Positions 52,323 through 61,427 of a DNA stretch of 64,000 bases are shown piece after piece. The stretch is taken from positions 1 to 64,000 of IMG/VR virus record IMGVR_UViG_3300036832_000548, one strand, 5' to 3'. Source of the DNA: a virus. The first letter of the stretch is position 1. Each line of letters opens with the position of its first letter. Both the position numbers and the translations under genes were made by a program. Under the pieces are notes generated by a model that worked only from the letters and a program-made list of their open reading frames with translations, made no database searches and was not told where the DNA came from.

Positions 52323-53602
52323 GCAAAGCTATCGCCATCAGCTCTGGCCATGCGCAGGATGTGCCAGGCGCATCAGGCGAATGCGACGAGGTCACAGAAG
52401 CCCGCAAAATTGTCGACCGCGTCCATGAACTGCTGCAGCAAGCAAACGTGCCGTGCGTCAAGTTCCACGATAACGAATCGCAATCGCAGTCAGAAAATTT
52501 AGACGCCATAGTATCCTGGCATAATCAGCAGGACCGGCAGAGAGACATCAGCGTCCACCTAAATGCTGGAGGCAATGATGGTCCAATGGGCTGTGAGGTG
52601 CTTTGGGTCACGCAGGAAGAACTCGCTGGCGAGATCTCCGCGGCTATCGCAGCTGCAGGTCATCTCAAAAACAGAGGGCCGAAGGAACGCACTGATCTGG
52701 CGTTCCTGAACGGGACCGACATGCCTAGTTGCTTGCTCGAGGTAATATTTTGCGATAGCAGTGCCGACACTGAGTTGCTGAACGAGCACCATGAAGCGAT
52801 CTGCGTTGCGATTGCGGAGAGCATCGCTGACGTGAGGCTCGAGCAACAGCCACCAGCAGAGAGGCCACCAATCGATATGCCAGATCGGCCACCGCCCGAA
52901 CCCGCTGAGGAGCAAAGCCGCGTCAATATCGTGGGCCGCGCGCAGGGAGATGTTCAAGTCACCATCAACGGCGTCGTCGTCTATGGGCACGGTCGACGGG
53001 GGCGCGGTCAGCGTTGTCCGAATAGGGTGGACATGGTCGCCACGATGCAGGGTGATGTCATCGTCGTGCTGAACGGCGAAGAGTTTCACAACAAACCTGT
53101 CGCTATCCCGCCAGAGCCGCCGCCTGACGAACTCCAACCGGAGATCAAAGCGAACCACAAGAACGTATTCGCGACCACGTTCGGCGGCGAAGCGGACAAC
53201 GAACACAGTGCCTATCCACCCTATGACAGCGACGGCATGGGCGAGTATTTGGACGATGAGAGCTTCTATGTATCGCTGCCAGTTGCTGTCGACGATGCGG
53301 AGGACCGCGAGCGCGGGGTCACGGTGTTCAATCGCGCGAACGGCAAGAGCGCGCCGGCGCCGGTGAAGGACAAGGGACCATGGGTTATCAATGACGATGC
53401 GTATGTGTTTGGTGACGAGCGACCGATCGCGGAGCAATGCTACAACGATCATGAGCCGCTGCCGCAGGGATCAGGAAATAACGCTGGGAAGATCCCGGCG
53501 AATCCCGCTGGCATCGATCTGTCGCCGGGACTGATGAAAGAACTCGGGATGACCGACAACGGCCCAGTTGATTGGCGCTGGAACGAGGCTGAGATCGCCT
53601 AA
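52319..53602 (+). CDS. Endolysin: Amidase_3 domain plus DPBB-like C-terminal domain
   Basis: ISSGH..E..ISVHLNA..RTDLAFL..LLEV.FCDS; ATTFGG..VKDKGPW..GIDLSP. Confidence 0.85.
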   Translation: MSKAIAISSGHAQDVPGASGECDEVTEARKIVDRVHELLQQANVPCVKFHDNESQSQSENLDAIVSWHNQQDRQRDISVHLNAGGNDGPMGCEVLWVTQEELAGEISAAIAAAGHLKNRGPKERTDLAFLNGTDMPSCLLEVIFCDSSADTELLNEHHEAICVAIAESIADVRLEQQPPAERPPIDMPDRPPPEPAEEQSRVNIVGRAQGDVQVTINGVVVYGHGRRGRGQRCPNRVDMVATMQGDVIVVLNGEEFHNKPVAIPPEPPPDELQPEIKANHKNVFATTFGGEADNEHSAYPPYDSDGMGEYLDDESFYVSLPVAVDDAEDRERGVTVFNRANGKSAPAPVKDKGPWVINDDAYVFGDERPIAEQCYNDHEPLPQGSGNNAGKIPANPAGIDLSPGLMKELGMTDNGPVDWRWNEAEIA

Positions 53603-53714
53603 GTTCTGTTGACAACCAAGTGTTGCGCTATTGACGAACTGTCACAAGCGCGTAGCAATCACTAGCGTAACGTCAGACTCGTTTACCAACCAACCCAAAA
53701 GGAGCTTGACCGCG

Positions 53715-54368
53715 ATGAATCCTTTCCTCGCTATGATTATTCCCGTCAGTGGTGCTGGTGGTCCGGTTGATCCGGGGTTCGGCGTGCCCGGTTGGCCCGC
53801 GCATCCGATCGCACCGGGCGGCCCACCGGGGGTGCCGACACACCCGTGGGTTCCGCCAATGCCGCCAACGTGGGGCGGACGACCACCTCCCGGTTACATT
53901 TCTGGTGGTCCCGGATCGCTGCCGGGTGTCCCGCCTGGAACATGGGGCGGGGTTGCGCCGCCGTGGGTTGACCATACGCTGCCGGGTGTCCCGCCTGGAA
54001 CATGGGGTGGAGTCGCGCCGCCGTGGGTTGACCACACGCTGCCCGGATGGCAACCACATCCGTCACATCCGATCGCGCCCGGTGGTGGTCAACCTCCCGG
54101 CATTTGGGGCGGCCCCGGTTCATTGCCGCCTTGGGCCATGCCGCCGATCTATCTTCCGCCTGACGAAACGCCACCAGAGCCTGGTTCTGGCAATTCGCCA
54201 GCACATCCGATTTACATCCCGCCCCCGCACGGACAGCAGCCGGGTGGCGGCAAGTTCTTGGTCCATGTTTTTGTGCCGGGTGTCGGCGGTGTGTGGTTCC
54301 TAATCGAAGCGCCGCCAGCTCCAGCGCATCCGATTGTTGAACCGCCTCCAACGGGACCGAAGGCCTGA
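53715..54368 (+). CDS. Pro/Gly/Trp-rich low-complexity protein
   Basis: AAGGAG SD; recurring HPI and WGG motifs. Confidence 0.75.
   Translation: MNPFLAMIIPVSGAGGPVDPGFGVPGWPAHPIAPGGPPGVPTHPWVPPMPPTWGGRPPPGYISGGPGSLPGVPPGTWGGVAPPWVDHTLPGVPPGTWGGVAPPWVDHTLPGWQPHPSHPIAPGGGQPPGIWGGPGSLPPWAMPPIYLPPDETPPEPGSGNSPAHPIYIPPPHGQQPGGGKFLVHVFVPGVGGVWFLIEAPPAPAHPIVEPPPTGPKA
53917..54043 (+). repeat. 60-nt tandem repeat (about 2.1 copies)
   Basis: LPGVPPGTWGGVAPPWVDHT encoded twice with only synonymous differences. Confidence 0.85.
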
Positions 54369-54434
54369 ACACGACGGGACGAGCGGCAAGAACGGCGGGA
54401 TGACCGTCGTGCCGCCCGCCGCGACTGAGGTAAT

Positions 54435-54472
54435 AAAAAAGCGGGGCACCGACATGGTGCCCCGCATTATTT
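54435..54472. terminator. Likely bidirectional intrinsic terminator
   Basis: AAAAAA-GCGGGGCACC-GACAT-GGTGCCCCGC-ATTATTT between convergent genes. Confidence 0.75.
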
Positions 54473-54927
54473 CATTCTGATTTTCTCGCTTCCATCTCAG
54501 CCTTGAAATCATCAGGCGTTCGCCGCGTCTTCCGTTTCGGCTCAGCCCCATCAGCCCTTGCAGGTCCGGGTGGGGCGGGAGGGGAACCGGCCTCGGTTGT
54601 GTTCCCCGAGGTCGGTTTCTTCTTCCTGCGCAACGACGGGACCTCGTCATTCAGCGGAGCCTCGACCGTCTTAGCGGCGATCGCCGTGATCAGCGCCGGC
54701 ACTGCTGATGCGGTTGGGCCTCCATTGTGGGTGGCGATAGTCAGGCGGTCGAGCTTGTCGAGCCGCTTGCTGCTGCGGGTCACGGTACGGATCTGGGCGT
54801 CGATCCGCTTTTCCTGCCGGACGAATGCCGCGAGCATTTTTTCCCGCTTGTCTCGCATCCGGTTCAGAAGGGCCACCTCGGCATTGTGTTTCCGTCGGGC
54901 ACGTTCTAGTCTTGGACTGTCGGTCAT
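54472..54927 (-). CDS. Basic coiled-coil hypothetical protein
   Basis: TAAGGA SD before MTDSPRLE; Arg/Lys-rich. Confidence 0.7.
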   Translation of the reverse strand: MTDSPRLERARRKHNAEVALLNRMRDKREKMLAAFVRQEKRIDAQIRTVTRSSKRLDKLDRLTIATHNGGPTASAVPALITAIAAKTVEAPLNDEVPSLRRKKKPTSGNTTEAGSPPAPPGPARADGAEPKRKTRRTPDDFKAEMEARKSE

Positions 54928-54961
54928 GATTGATATCCTTAGAAGGTTGGTTGCAGACCCC

Positions 54962-55056
54962 ACCCCGGCTGGTTGACGCCCAGCCGGGGTTTCTTTGCTT
55001 TCCGATTTACATTTCAAAAAGCCCGGTCATTAACGACCGTGAGATAGAGTCTAGCA
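54962..55056 (-). promoter_or_regulatory. Putative extended -10 promoter and structured leader
   Basis: Minus strand TGcTAGACT (55056-55048), short hairpin, CTTTTTGAAATG, 11-bp hairpin 54962-54990. Confidence 0.45.
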
Positions 55057-55170
55057 CACGCGATTCCGCGTTCAGTTAGTTAGAAGATGAATAGCAAACA
55101 CTTAGCTCGGCGCGGTGTTTGATGTTGTTGATGAAAATACTTTCTAAAAATACCGTTTTGGAATTTCGGC

Positions 55171-55281
55171 ATGGATCGCGGCACCCGCAACGCAGCCATC
55201 ATTTTCCTGATCGTCGTCGCGATCCTAGTCGCGATGTGGTTTATCGGTGCGTATGTCTGGAACGGAGGAGACTACCAATGA
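55171..55281 (+). CDS. Small single-TM protein (36 aa)
   Basis: Hand-translated MDRGTRNAAIIFLIVVAILVAMWFIGAYVWNGGDYQ; ATGA-coupled to the next gene. Confidence 0.55.
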   Translation: MDRGTRNAAIIFLIVVAILVAMWFIGAYVWNGGDYQ

Positions 55282-55457
55282 CAAGAGGTCTACTGTTTTG
55301 GGTCGTCTATGTGATCTGCGTCATCGTTTGGCTAGGCGTTAGCTTTGGCGGCTTCGGCGGTCCATACGGCGCGCACCTAGCTGGCGGCAGCGTCATCGAG
55401 TTCATTCTGTTTGGTCTGCTCGGCTGGCAAGTATTTGGTCCGGTCGTTCACGGCTAA
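55278..55457 (+). CDS. Small two-TM protein (holin candidate)
   Basis: GGAGG SD; two hydrophobic helices; LLGWQVFG. Confidence 0.6.
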   Translation: MTRGLLFWVVYVICVIVWLGVSFGGFGGPYGAHLAGGSVIEFILFGLLGWQVFGPVVHG

Positions 55458-55504
55458 CGAGTTCCGCGTTACGCTCCGTGGCGCGGAAGATTGCCCTCCC
55501 CACT

Positions 55505-55532
55505 AGCCCCGGCTCACACCGGGGCTTTTTTT
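55505..55532 (+). terminator. Intrinsic terminator
   Basis: AGCCCCGG-CTCACA-CCGGGGCT followed by a T-run. Confidence 0.85.
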
Positions 55533-55533
55533 A

Positions 55534-55686
55534 TTATGATCGCAGCATCCACATGGCGAGCCCAAACAATGCCGCGCCGAGTGACATGCCTATGATGGCG
55601 ATTGCCACGCCAAGCAGCATGAGTTGCCAGCCCTGGCGGCGGTTCATCCAACTGTCAATCCGCCCGATTGGTATTCGTTTGCTCAT
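55534..55686 (-). CDS. Small single-TM protein (50 aa)
   Basis: Hand-translated MSKRIPIG..LMLLGVAIAIIGMSLGAALFGLAMWMLRS. Confidence 0.5.
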   Translation of the reverse strand: MSKRIPIGRIDSWMNRRQGWQLMLLGVAIAIIGMSLGAALFGLAMWMLRS

Positions 55687-55832
55687 TGGTGGTGGATGTG
55701 CTGCATGAAGAGGTCACGCTTCGCGATCTCCATGAAGACCGCGCGCGTATCCTGCGGCAGCGGATTGAGCTTGGCCCAGCTCACCATCACGACGGCGAAG
55801 ACGAGCGGCAGCAGCACGGTGAGCCGGGTCAT
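55683..55832 (-). CDS. Small membrane/exported protein
   Basis: MTRLTVLLPLVFAVVMVSWA; ATGA-coupled. Confidence 0.5.
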   Translation of the reverse strand: MTRLTVLLPLVFAVVMVSWAKLNPLPQDTRAVFMEIAKRDLFMQHIHHQ

Positions 55833-56050
55833 TTTGCCCATTTTGGCCGCTTGAGTTCGCCACTCGCCAGATCGATCAGAGCCGTGCCTATCTTGGCGGC
55901 TTGCTCGCGCGGGATCAGCCAAGTGATCGTCATGTGCTCTGGGTGTTGCATACTCAGAAAAATGTGCTCGGACCCATCGAACATCACCTTGCCGACCTTC
56001 CAGCGCGGATCGAGTATGGCTTGCAGTATCTTTTCGTCATTGATGCTCAT
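55829..56050 (-). CDS. Hypothetical protein
   Basis: AGGA SD, coupled ORF. Confidence 0.6.
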   Translation of the reverse strand: MSINDEKILQAILDPRWKVGKVMFDGSEHIFLSMQHPEHMTITWLIPREQAAKIGTALIDLASGELKRPKWAK

Positions 56051-56301
56051 GTGGTTCCTAAGCTCATCAGTTCATCTGCAAGCTTTTCCATGAGCTTGCT
56101 GACCTCGCGTATCCTGCGTGCGGTCATTCGCAGGTTCAACCTGTGATCAGGTCTGCTGACCAACGCCGCGAATCGTTCCGCCTCTTTCCGGCTCTTAAAT
56201 GTTTTGATCCGGCGTTTGCCATCAGCGTCAGTCCAATTAACGATCATCGCTATGCTGCGCACACCTTTGCTATTGTACCATGTACGCTCGCGGATGCTCA
56301 T
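56047..56301 (-). CDS. Stand-alone integrase arm-binding-like domain protein
   Basis: IVNWTDADGKRRIKTFKSRKEAERF. Confidence 0.55.
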   Translation of the reverse strand: MSIRERTWYNSKGVRSIAMIVNWTDADGKRRIKTFKSRKEAERFAALVSRPDHRLNLRMTARRIREVSKLMEKLADELMSLGTT

Positions 56302-56471
56302 TATGGCCGCATGGTTCGCGTTGTTCGATAGACGCCGTGGCCGACTTTGACCACAACGCCGTTGCGTCGAAGCGTGCGCAGCGTAGGAAATTCAATCCCC
56401 TTAGCGCGTGCGCTTCCGCGTAGTTCGCGCCATTGCACCCATCGGAATTTTTGTGGTTGGACTCGTTTCAT
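56301..56471 (-). CDS. Small basic winged-helix-like protein
   Basis: TLRTLRRNGVVVKVGHGVYR. Confidence 0.5.
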   Translation of the reverse strand: MKRVQPQKFRWVQWRELRGSARAKGIEFPTLRTLRRNGVVVKVGHGVYRTTRTMRP

Positions 56472-56538
56472 GGATTTCCCTTTGCCTTCCACCCAGATCT
56501 TTGGCTAGTGTCGGCCCTCCTGTCAACTGGAGGTTGCC

Positions 56539-56958
56539 TTGCGCGCTTACCTGATCGACCCTGCCCTGCATCGGATCTCGGACATCGAGCTTAACGACCG
56601 GGACATTGTCGGGGATATGCACCGGATAATTGGTGCGGTGACGCTCGACAAATTAAAGATTAGTGACGCCGGCGACCGCATGTGGTGCGATGACGGCGTG
56701 CTCGCTCGAGGTGTTCCCTGTTTCGCATTCAAGCTAAGGGGCAACGGACCCTTCGGCGGCAAGTGCATCATCATCGGACATGACAGACAGGGCGACGAGC
56801 GCGCTCCAGTCGTTCCGCTGGAAATGATTGAGAACGACGTTGATTGGCTCGATGAAATCGTCCCGGAAATCGTCTGGCTCCAAGAGCCCGCAACGGTCTT
56901 CGGGAAAGAGGGCACCCGGTTCCACAGCGTCGTCACCTACTCGCGCAAAAAAACCTAA
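56539..56958 (+). CDS. Hypothetical phage protein (DUF3846-like)
   Basis: GGAGG SD with TTG start; AYLIDP..MWCDDG..GKCIIIG.D. Confidence 0.6.
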   Translation: MRAYLIDPALHRISDIELNDRDIVGDMHRIIGAVTLDKLKISDAGDRMWCDDGVLARGVPCFAFKLRGNGPFGGKCIIIGHDRQGDERAPVVPLEMIENDVDWLDEIVPEIVWLQEPATVFGKEGTRFHSVVTYSRKKT

Positions 56959-56959
56959 A

Positions 56960-57139
56960 ATGAAGCAGCGTAAGTTGCAGCTCCCGATGGTCGACGGCAG
57001 CTTAGTGGTGTGCGCGCGTTGTACGTTTCGCGCCGCCAGTCATTACATTGTGGAGATGGTTAGCGGCAGTTCAAAATATCGCGTCTTGTGTTGCCAGTGC
57101 TACGAGTGTTCTGAAGGAAAGAAATGCAATCATGTGTAG
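56960..57139 (+). CDS. Small Zn-ribbon protein
   Basis: CARC..CYEC. Confidence 0.5.
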   Translation: MKQRKLQLPMVDGSLVVCARCTFRAASHYIVEMVSGSSKYRVLCCQCYECSEGKKCNHV

Positions 57140-57198
57140 CTTTTGCGATCAGGTCAGGAACTGGCCGCGCGCCATCGGGCGATGGATGGGAGATCGTT

Positions 57199-57501
57199 AT
57201 GCAAATCCGCAGATTCAGCGACATACCGGAAATCGATTCCGACGAGGGGGCCAAGCAAGCGCAAGCAATCAAGCGGCAAATCAGGCCGCACCTGGCCGGC
57301 CTTCCGTCAGAGGTTCAGGGAGCAATCCTAGCGGACCTTCTGTCCCTTTGGCTGGCGGGCCACATCGTTCCCGGCAACCGGCGCGAGACTGATAGCCTGC
57401 GCTCCGTCTTGCTCAGGCAGCACGTCAAGGCGGTGCGGGAGATGATCCCATCGAGCGAGGCGGAAATTTTGGGGAACCTGCCTGTGGCTGGCAGTGGCTG
57501 A
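57199..57501 (+). CDS. Hypothetical protein
   Basis: GGGAG SD; LAG...VQGAILADL...WLAGH. Confidence 0.65.
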   Translation: MQIRRFSDIPEIDSDEGAKQAQAIKRQIRPHLAGLPSEVQGAILADLLSLWLAGHIVPGNRRETDSLRSVLLRQHVKAVREMIPSSEAEILGNLPVAGSG

Positions 57502-57574
57502 CGGTAGCAACGCACGGTTGACAGGTTGCCGCAGGGTGCCAGAGTCCGCGTGTCTGCAAGGGATGGGGGATTTC

Positions 57575-58003
57575 ATGAGACTAGTCACCGGAATGCTTTT
57601 GCTCGCGTGCAGCTCGAGCGCGATGGCGGCTGACCAGTGCATCAGGTCGCTGCCTGATCACCGTCAAGGCCACTGGCACTATCGCTATCAGGATGGTGCC
57701 AAGTGCTGGTACGGGCCGGGAGCGGAGTCGATTCGACTCTCGCGCCGGGAGGATCGTGAGCAGCTCGAGCCGCGTAGGCACCGCGAGCCTGAGCGGACGG
57801 CACCGCCTACACCGGTCGCCAGCATTGCACAATATATAGAAGAAGAGCCTGACCAGCCGCTCGATCCAACGGTGAAGCGCGTGCGCGTGGAACCGTTTCG
57901 GATGCCGCTCAGCTCAAGCCGGCGAATCCAGCAAACTTTTGAGCAGCTCGTTGACGCTTGCCAGTTAAGCATCGAGGCGTGCGAGCGATTTGTCGGTCGC
58001 TGA
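57575..58003 (+). CDS. Exported hypothetical protein
   Basis: Signal peptide ending AMA; C..HWHYRY..KCWY. Confidence 0.65.
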   Translation: MRLVTGMLLLACSSSAMAADQCIRSLPDHRQGHWHYRYQDGAKCWYGPGAESIRLSRREDREQLEPRRHREPERTAPPTPVASIAQYIEEEPDQPLDPTVKRVRVEPFRMPLSSSRRIQQTFEQLVDACQLSIEACERFVGR

Positions 58004-58343
58004 TATGTCTATATCCAATGATAGGGCAACTGGGAGTTGACGATTCTCGCGTTAGCGTCAGGGTGGGGACGGTGGGACAGTTGCGTTGCTAGTGCGCTCT
58101 TGCCCTGCCTGCGGCGGGCGACCTGGGGCCTCGGGTAAGCCCGCCGTATCATTCTTTTGTCTTAACCCCATAGCTCCCGGTTCAATTGCGGAAGCATCGC
58201 CTTCCATCCACAGCATTTTTTGTCCGCAACAAAAGGTTGACCCTTATACCTTTCGATATACGGACAACGCCGTAGTTTTGCGCATAGAGTTGCCTCGATG
58301 GGATTCCACGGGGAGGGCGACCCCTCCAGAAAGAAGGAACTGA

Positions 58344-59051
58344 ATGAAGACTCTATTACTAGGTGCAGCCGCGCTTGCCGCGTTAGCGTTCGTGACGCCC
58401 GCAAGCGCGCAAAGCGAAAGCGTGACTATCGACCTGACTAACATCAACCTTCCCGGTACTACGTTCTCGGTCTCCGGTAGCGTGACTCAGAATGGTACGG
58501 GCGGCCTCAATGTCAGTTTGGTCACTGACGGGTTCAACACGCCGGACCTATTCTTCCACGGTTCGACGGGTCATCCGACGTTGGGCTTCGATCTGGGTGG
58601 CCTCGTTGCCGGTCTTGGTATCGTCAATGGCGATATCTCGATTGCCAACGCGACCTTCTTCGACCCGACCCACAACGTGACGACGACCGCCGTTCTCGGC
58701 ATCGGCAGTCAGCAATACGATGGGTTCGGCAATTTCACGTTCAACCTCACTTGCGGTCTTGCCTGCCAAGCGTCGACCACGGACGTGACGACGTTGAACT
58801 TCACCATCAAGGACAGCGACGGCAGCTTGCTGTTGGCGAACCTCGTCAACAACGGTAACGGCAATCTGTTCGGTCTGGACGTTTGGACTGATCAGGGCGG
58901 CGCAGGTGGCAACACCGTCGCCACTGGCTTCGCAGCCGTGCAACTCGCTGCGGCGGTTCCAGAACCCGCGACATGGGGCATGATGCTGCTCGGCTTCATT
59001 GGCCTCGCGGCTGCGTTTCGCACACGTCGCCGGATAGCTGGCTTCGCCTAA
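58344..59051 (+). CDS. PEP-CTERM (PEPxxWA-like) surface protein 1
   Basis: Signal peptide; Thr/Gly/Asn-rich body; VPEPATW + TM + RTRRR. Confidence 0.92.
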   Translation: MKTLLLGAAALAALAFVTPASAQSESVTIDLTNINLPGTTFSVSGSVTQNGTGGLNVSLVTDGFNTPDLFFHGSTGHPTLGFDLGGLVAGLGIVNGDISIANATFFDPTHNVTTTAVLGIGSQQYDGFGNFTFNLTCGLACQASTTDVTTLNFTIKDSDGSLLLANLVNNGNGNLFGLDVWTDQGGAGGNTVATGFAAVQLAAAVPEPATWGMMLLGFIGLAAAFRTRRRIAGFA

Positions 59052-59121
59052 TAAGAAACGGGCATCGATATCGGGACGGGCGCACGCGCCCCTCCAGCTT
59101 CCCTCCACTTAATCGGGTGAC

Positions 59122-59772
59122 ATGATGAAGAAAATCTTACTTGCTAGCGTGTTTGCTTTGGCGGTCGGACCCGCCCTCGCAGACTCGATCCAACTGACGG
59201 CAACCGCCGATGGCGGCGTTCCTATTGTTATCAATAGCGCCGATGGTTCGCTCACTGTGACGAACCAAGCATTCGGTGTGTTCAACTTGAACAGTCTGTC
59301 GATCAACAGTCAGACGTTCCTTGCGCCTCCGGGCGTGTTATCGTCCAACACGTTGGACGTTGATCAAGCCACGACCGGCACTCACACGCTGGCCCTCGAC
59401 ATCATTGCATCTGGTCTCTCTGGGCCGAATGCAGTTGAGAACTTTCTGTCGAGCTTCAGCGTGAGCGGCCAAACGGCAGGATGGTCAGTGATCGAGCGAA
59501 CAACGATCAACGGCAATCCGTTGGCGACCACTCCCTTGTTTACTGGCGTTAGCGACTCGGCGTTCAGCAACAATCTCGCGTTTGCTGGCACGCTGTTCAC
59601 CGCCGACGAGCACTATCTGATCACCAGCGTGGGCCAAGGCAGTTTCAACGGCGGCATCGACATCGCCGTTGGCGTTCCTGAGCCTGCGACTTGGGGTATG
59701 ATGTTGCTAGGCTTCGTCGGCTTGGCTGCAGCGTTCCGCACACGTCGGCGGATGAGCCACGGCATCGCGTAG
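59122..59772 (+). CDS. PEP-CTERM (PEPxxWA-like) surface protein 2
   Basis: Signal peptide ending ALA-D; Ser/Thr-rich body; VPEPATW + TM + RTRRR. Confidence 0.92.
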   Translation: MMKKILLASVFALAVGPALADSIQLTATADGGVPIVINSADGSLTVTNQAFGVFNLNSLSINSQTFLAPPGVLSSNTLDVDQATTGTHTLALDIIASGLSGPNAVENFLSSFSVSGQTAGWSVIERTTINGNPLATTPLFTGVSDSAFSNNLAFAGTLFTADEHYLITSVGQGSFNGGIDIAVGVPEPATWGMMLLGFVGLAAAFRTRRRMSHGIA

Positions 59773-59831
59773 GCTTTAGTAACTTTCACTACGCGACACC
59801 TCGCCGGGAGCCCACCGCTCCCGGCATTTTT

Positions 59832-60191
59832 ATGAGGCCCGCAATGTTATGGACTTACTCTCTGATCTTCTGCGCGGTCGTGGGCGCGCTCATCATCTGG
59901 AAAATGTTTCAAGGCGAGAAGCGCATCGAGCTTCCGCGCTCGACGGGAACACCGCGATCGAACGAAGCTGGCAGCATCCTCTCCCGCAACGAGTGTCCGG
60001 TCTGCCGACAGGCAGGCGCGGATTTCTACTATGGCCCAGTCAATCCTGAGTTCCGCGTGCTGTATTGTGCAAACCCGGAGTGCCGCACGACCTTCAAGGT
60101 CGAGAACTACGGCGGCGGTCGCGTCTATGCGGACATCGATGACGATGAAGCGCCAGCGTACCTGTACGGGCTGACTAAGCGGCGGTCCTAG
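59832..60191 (+). CDS. Membrane-anchored Zn-ribbon protein
   Basis: N-terminal TM; CPVC..CANPEC. Confidence 0.6.
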   Translation: MRPAMLWTYSLIFCAVVGALIIWKMFQGEKRIELPRSTGTPRSNEAGSILSRNECPVCRQAGADFYYGPVNPEFRVLYCANPECRTTFKVENYGGGRVYADIDDDEAPAYLYGLTKRRS

Positions 60192-60420
60192 CTCGCCTCA
60201 GCCAGCCCGTGCCTTGGGGACCGGGCTGGCTGCTTCTGGGGCGGGCATTCGTCATGGGGTGGGGGTGGATATGACGCCTGCTGCTTCCATCAAGCCGCAG
60301 GACTCAAGGGGGGCGAGATTCCTGCGACCGCGAACAGTGTAACACGGATTCGCGCTGTTCCAACCACAGGTTGACATTCGCACACGAAAATTCCACCCTG
60401 ACAATCGAGGCTAATCCCCC

Positions 60421-61410
60421 ATGAGCGATTCTGCTGTCGAGAAGGCAATCACGAACTGCCGCGCAGGTGTTGAGCAAGCCGCGACCGGCACGCGCGCCAT
60501 TGAGAAGGCGCACGCTGACCTCAAGCCCATAGTGTTCCGCAGCCAGCCCGTGGGCCTCGCGATCGCCATGGGCGACTTGGAGCGTCAGCGCAACACGACG
60601 ATCCGCGGCATGCTGCTGGCCAATGCCAAGGAGGCTGTCAGGCTTGACCGCCGCCCCGCTGCTGGCTTGGCCTTCTGCCAACTCCGTGAGACCTTTGAGC
60701 GGCCCAGCGAGTGGCTGGCGTTTCTGCAGATGAACCTTGCTCCGCTACAGCTCACCAAGGTCGAGGCCCTGATGGGCGAGGTCCGGTTCCGGGGTGCGCT
60801 GATGACCTGCTCGCATCCGGGGTGTGACTGCACGGTCAAGGCACCCTGCTCCCACGGCAAGCCTTATATCGTTGACGGGTCGTGGCCTGACGATACCGCC
60901 GTTGTGCCTGCAGCGCTTGTGACGACCGCCGCCATGGATCGCGCCCTTGAGGCCATCAAGGCTGACCGGAATAAGAGTAACCGTTTGATCGCACGAGAGA
61001 TCGGCGCTTCTGAGTTCCTTGTCCGCAAGGCCCGCAAGGCAATCGCACCCGCAATCGCAGTTGCAGACGAGACGGCCCGCATCGGGCAGGACGGTCGCGC
61101 TCGCCGCGCGCCCAAGCGCGGTCAGGGTTGGCAGGTCTTGCCCCCGGAAGGCCAAGGGGAATGCGATTACAATCCTGAATTTGAGCCAGCGTTCGACGGC
61201 ATGTCTGACGCTGAGCTTCGCCAGCAGGCCCACAAGGCGCAGATGGCTGAGGCTGAGCGTCTGGGGCAGGAAGGTGCTTTTTTGCGCGCCGGCACCAAGA
61301 AAGGCGAGATCAACCGGGCGCGCCTGAAGGAGGTGCGGCGGGCGATCAGGTCATTGAAGACGTACTACGACAGGCTGCTCGAAATCGGAGAGATAAAGAA
61401 AGGGTCGTAA
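60421..61410 (+). CDS. Hypothetical DNA-binding protein (Cys cluster plus HTH)
   Basis: CSHPGCDC..CSH; KSNRLIAREIGASEFLVRKARK; RIGQDGR. Confidence 0.65.
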   Translation: MSDSAVEKAITNCRAGVEQAATGTRAIEKAHADLKPIVFRSQPVGLAIAMGDLERQRNTTIRGMLLANAKEAVRLDRRPAAGLAFCQLRETFERPSEWLAFLQMNLAPLQLTKVEALMGEVRFRGALMTCSHPGCDCTVKAPCSHGKPYIVDGSWPDDTAVVPAALVTTAAMDRALEAIKADRNKSNRLIAREIGASEFLVRKARKAIAPAIAVADETARIGQDGRARRAPKRGQGWQVLPPEGQGECDYNPEFEPAFDGMSDAELRQQAHKAQMAEAERLGQEGAFLRAGTKKGEINRARLKEVRRAIRSLKTYYDRLLEIGEIKKGS

Positions 61411-61427
61411 CCAGAGAGGAGGCGCCG

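Noticed and set aside
57132-57392. MCSFC ORF resembling the MCTFC start of 40999..41193
   Set aside because: Similarity covers only a few residues and the frame overlaps the better-supported 57199..57501
58004-58343. Riboswitch or ncRNA upstream of the PEP-CTERM genes
   Set aside because: Some GC stems present, but no aptamer consensus recognisable by eye; needs an Rfam/Infernal scan
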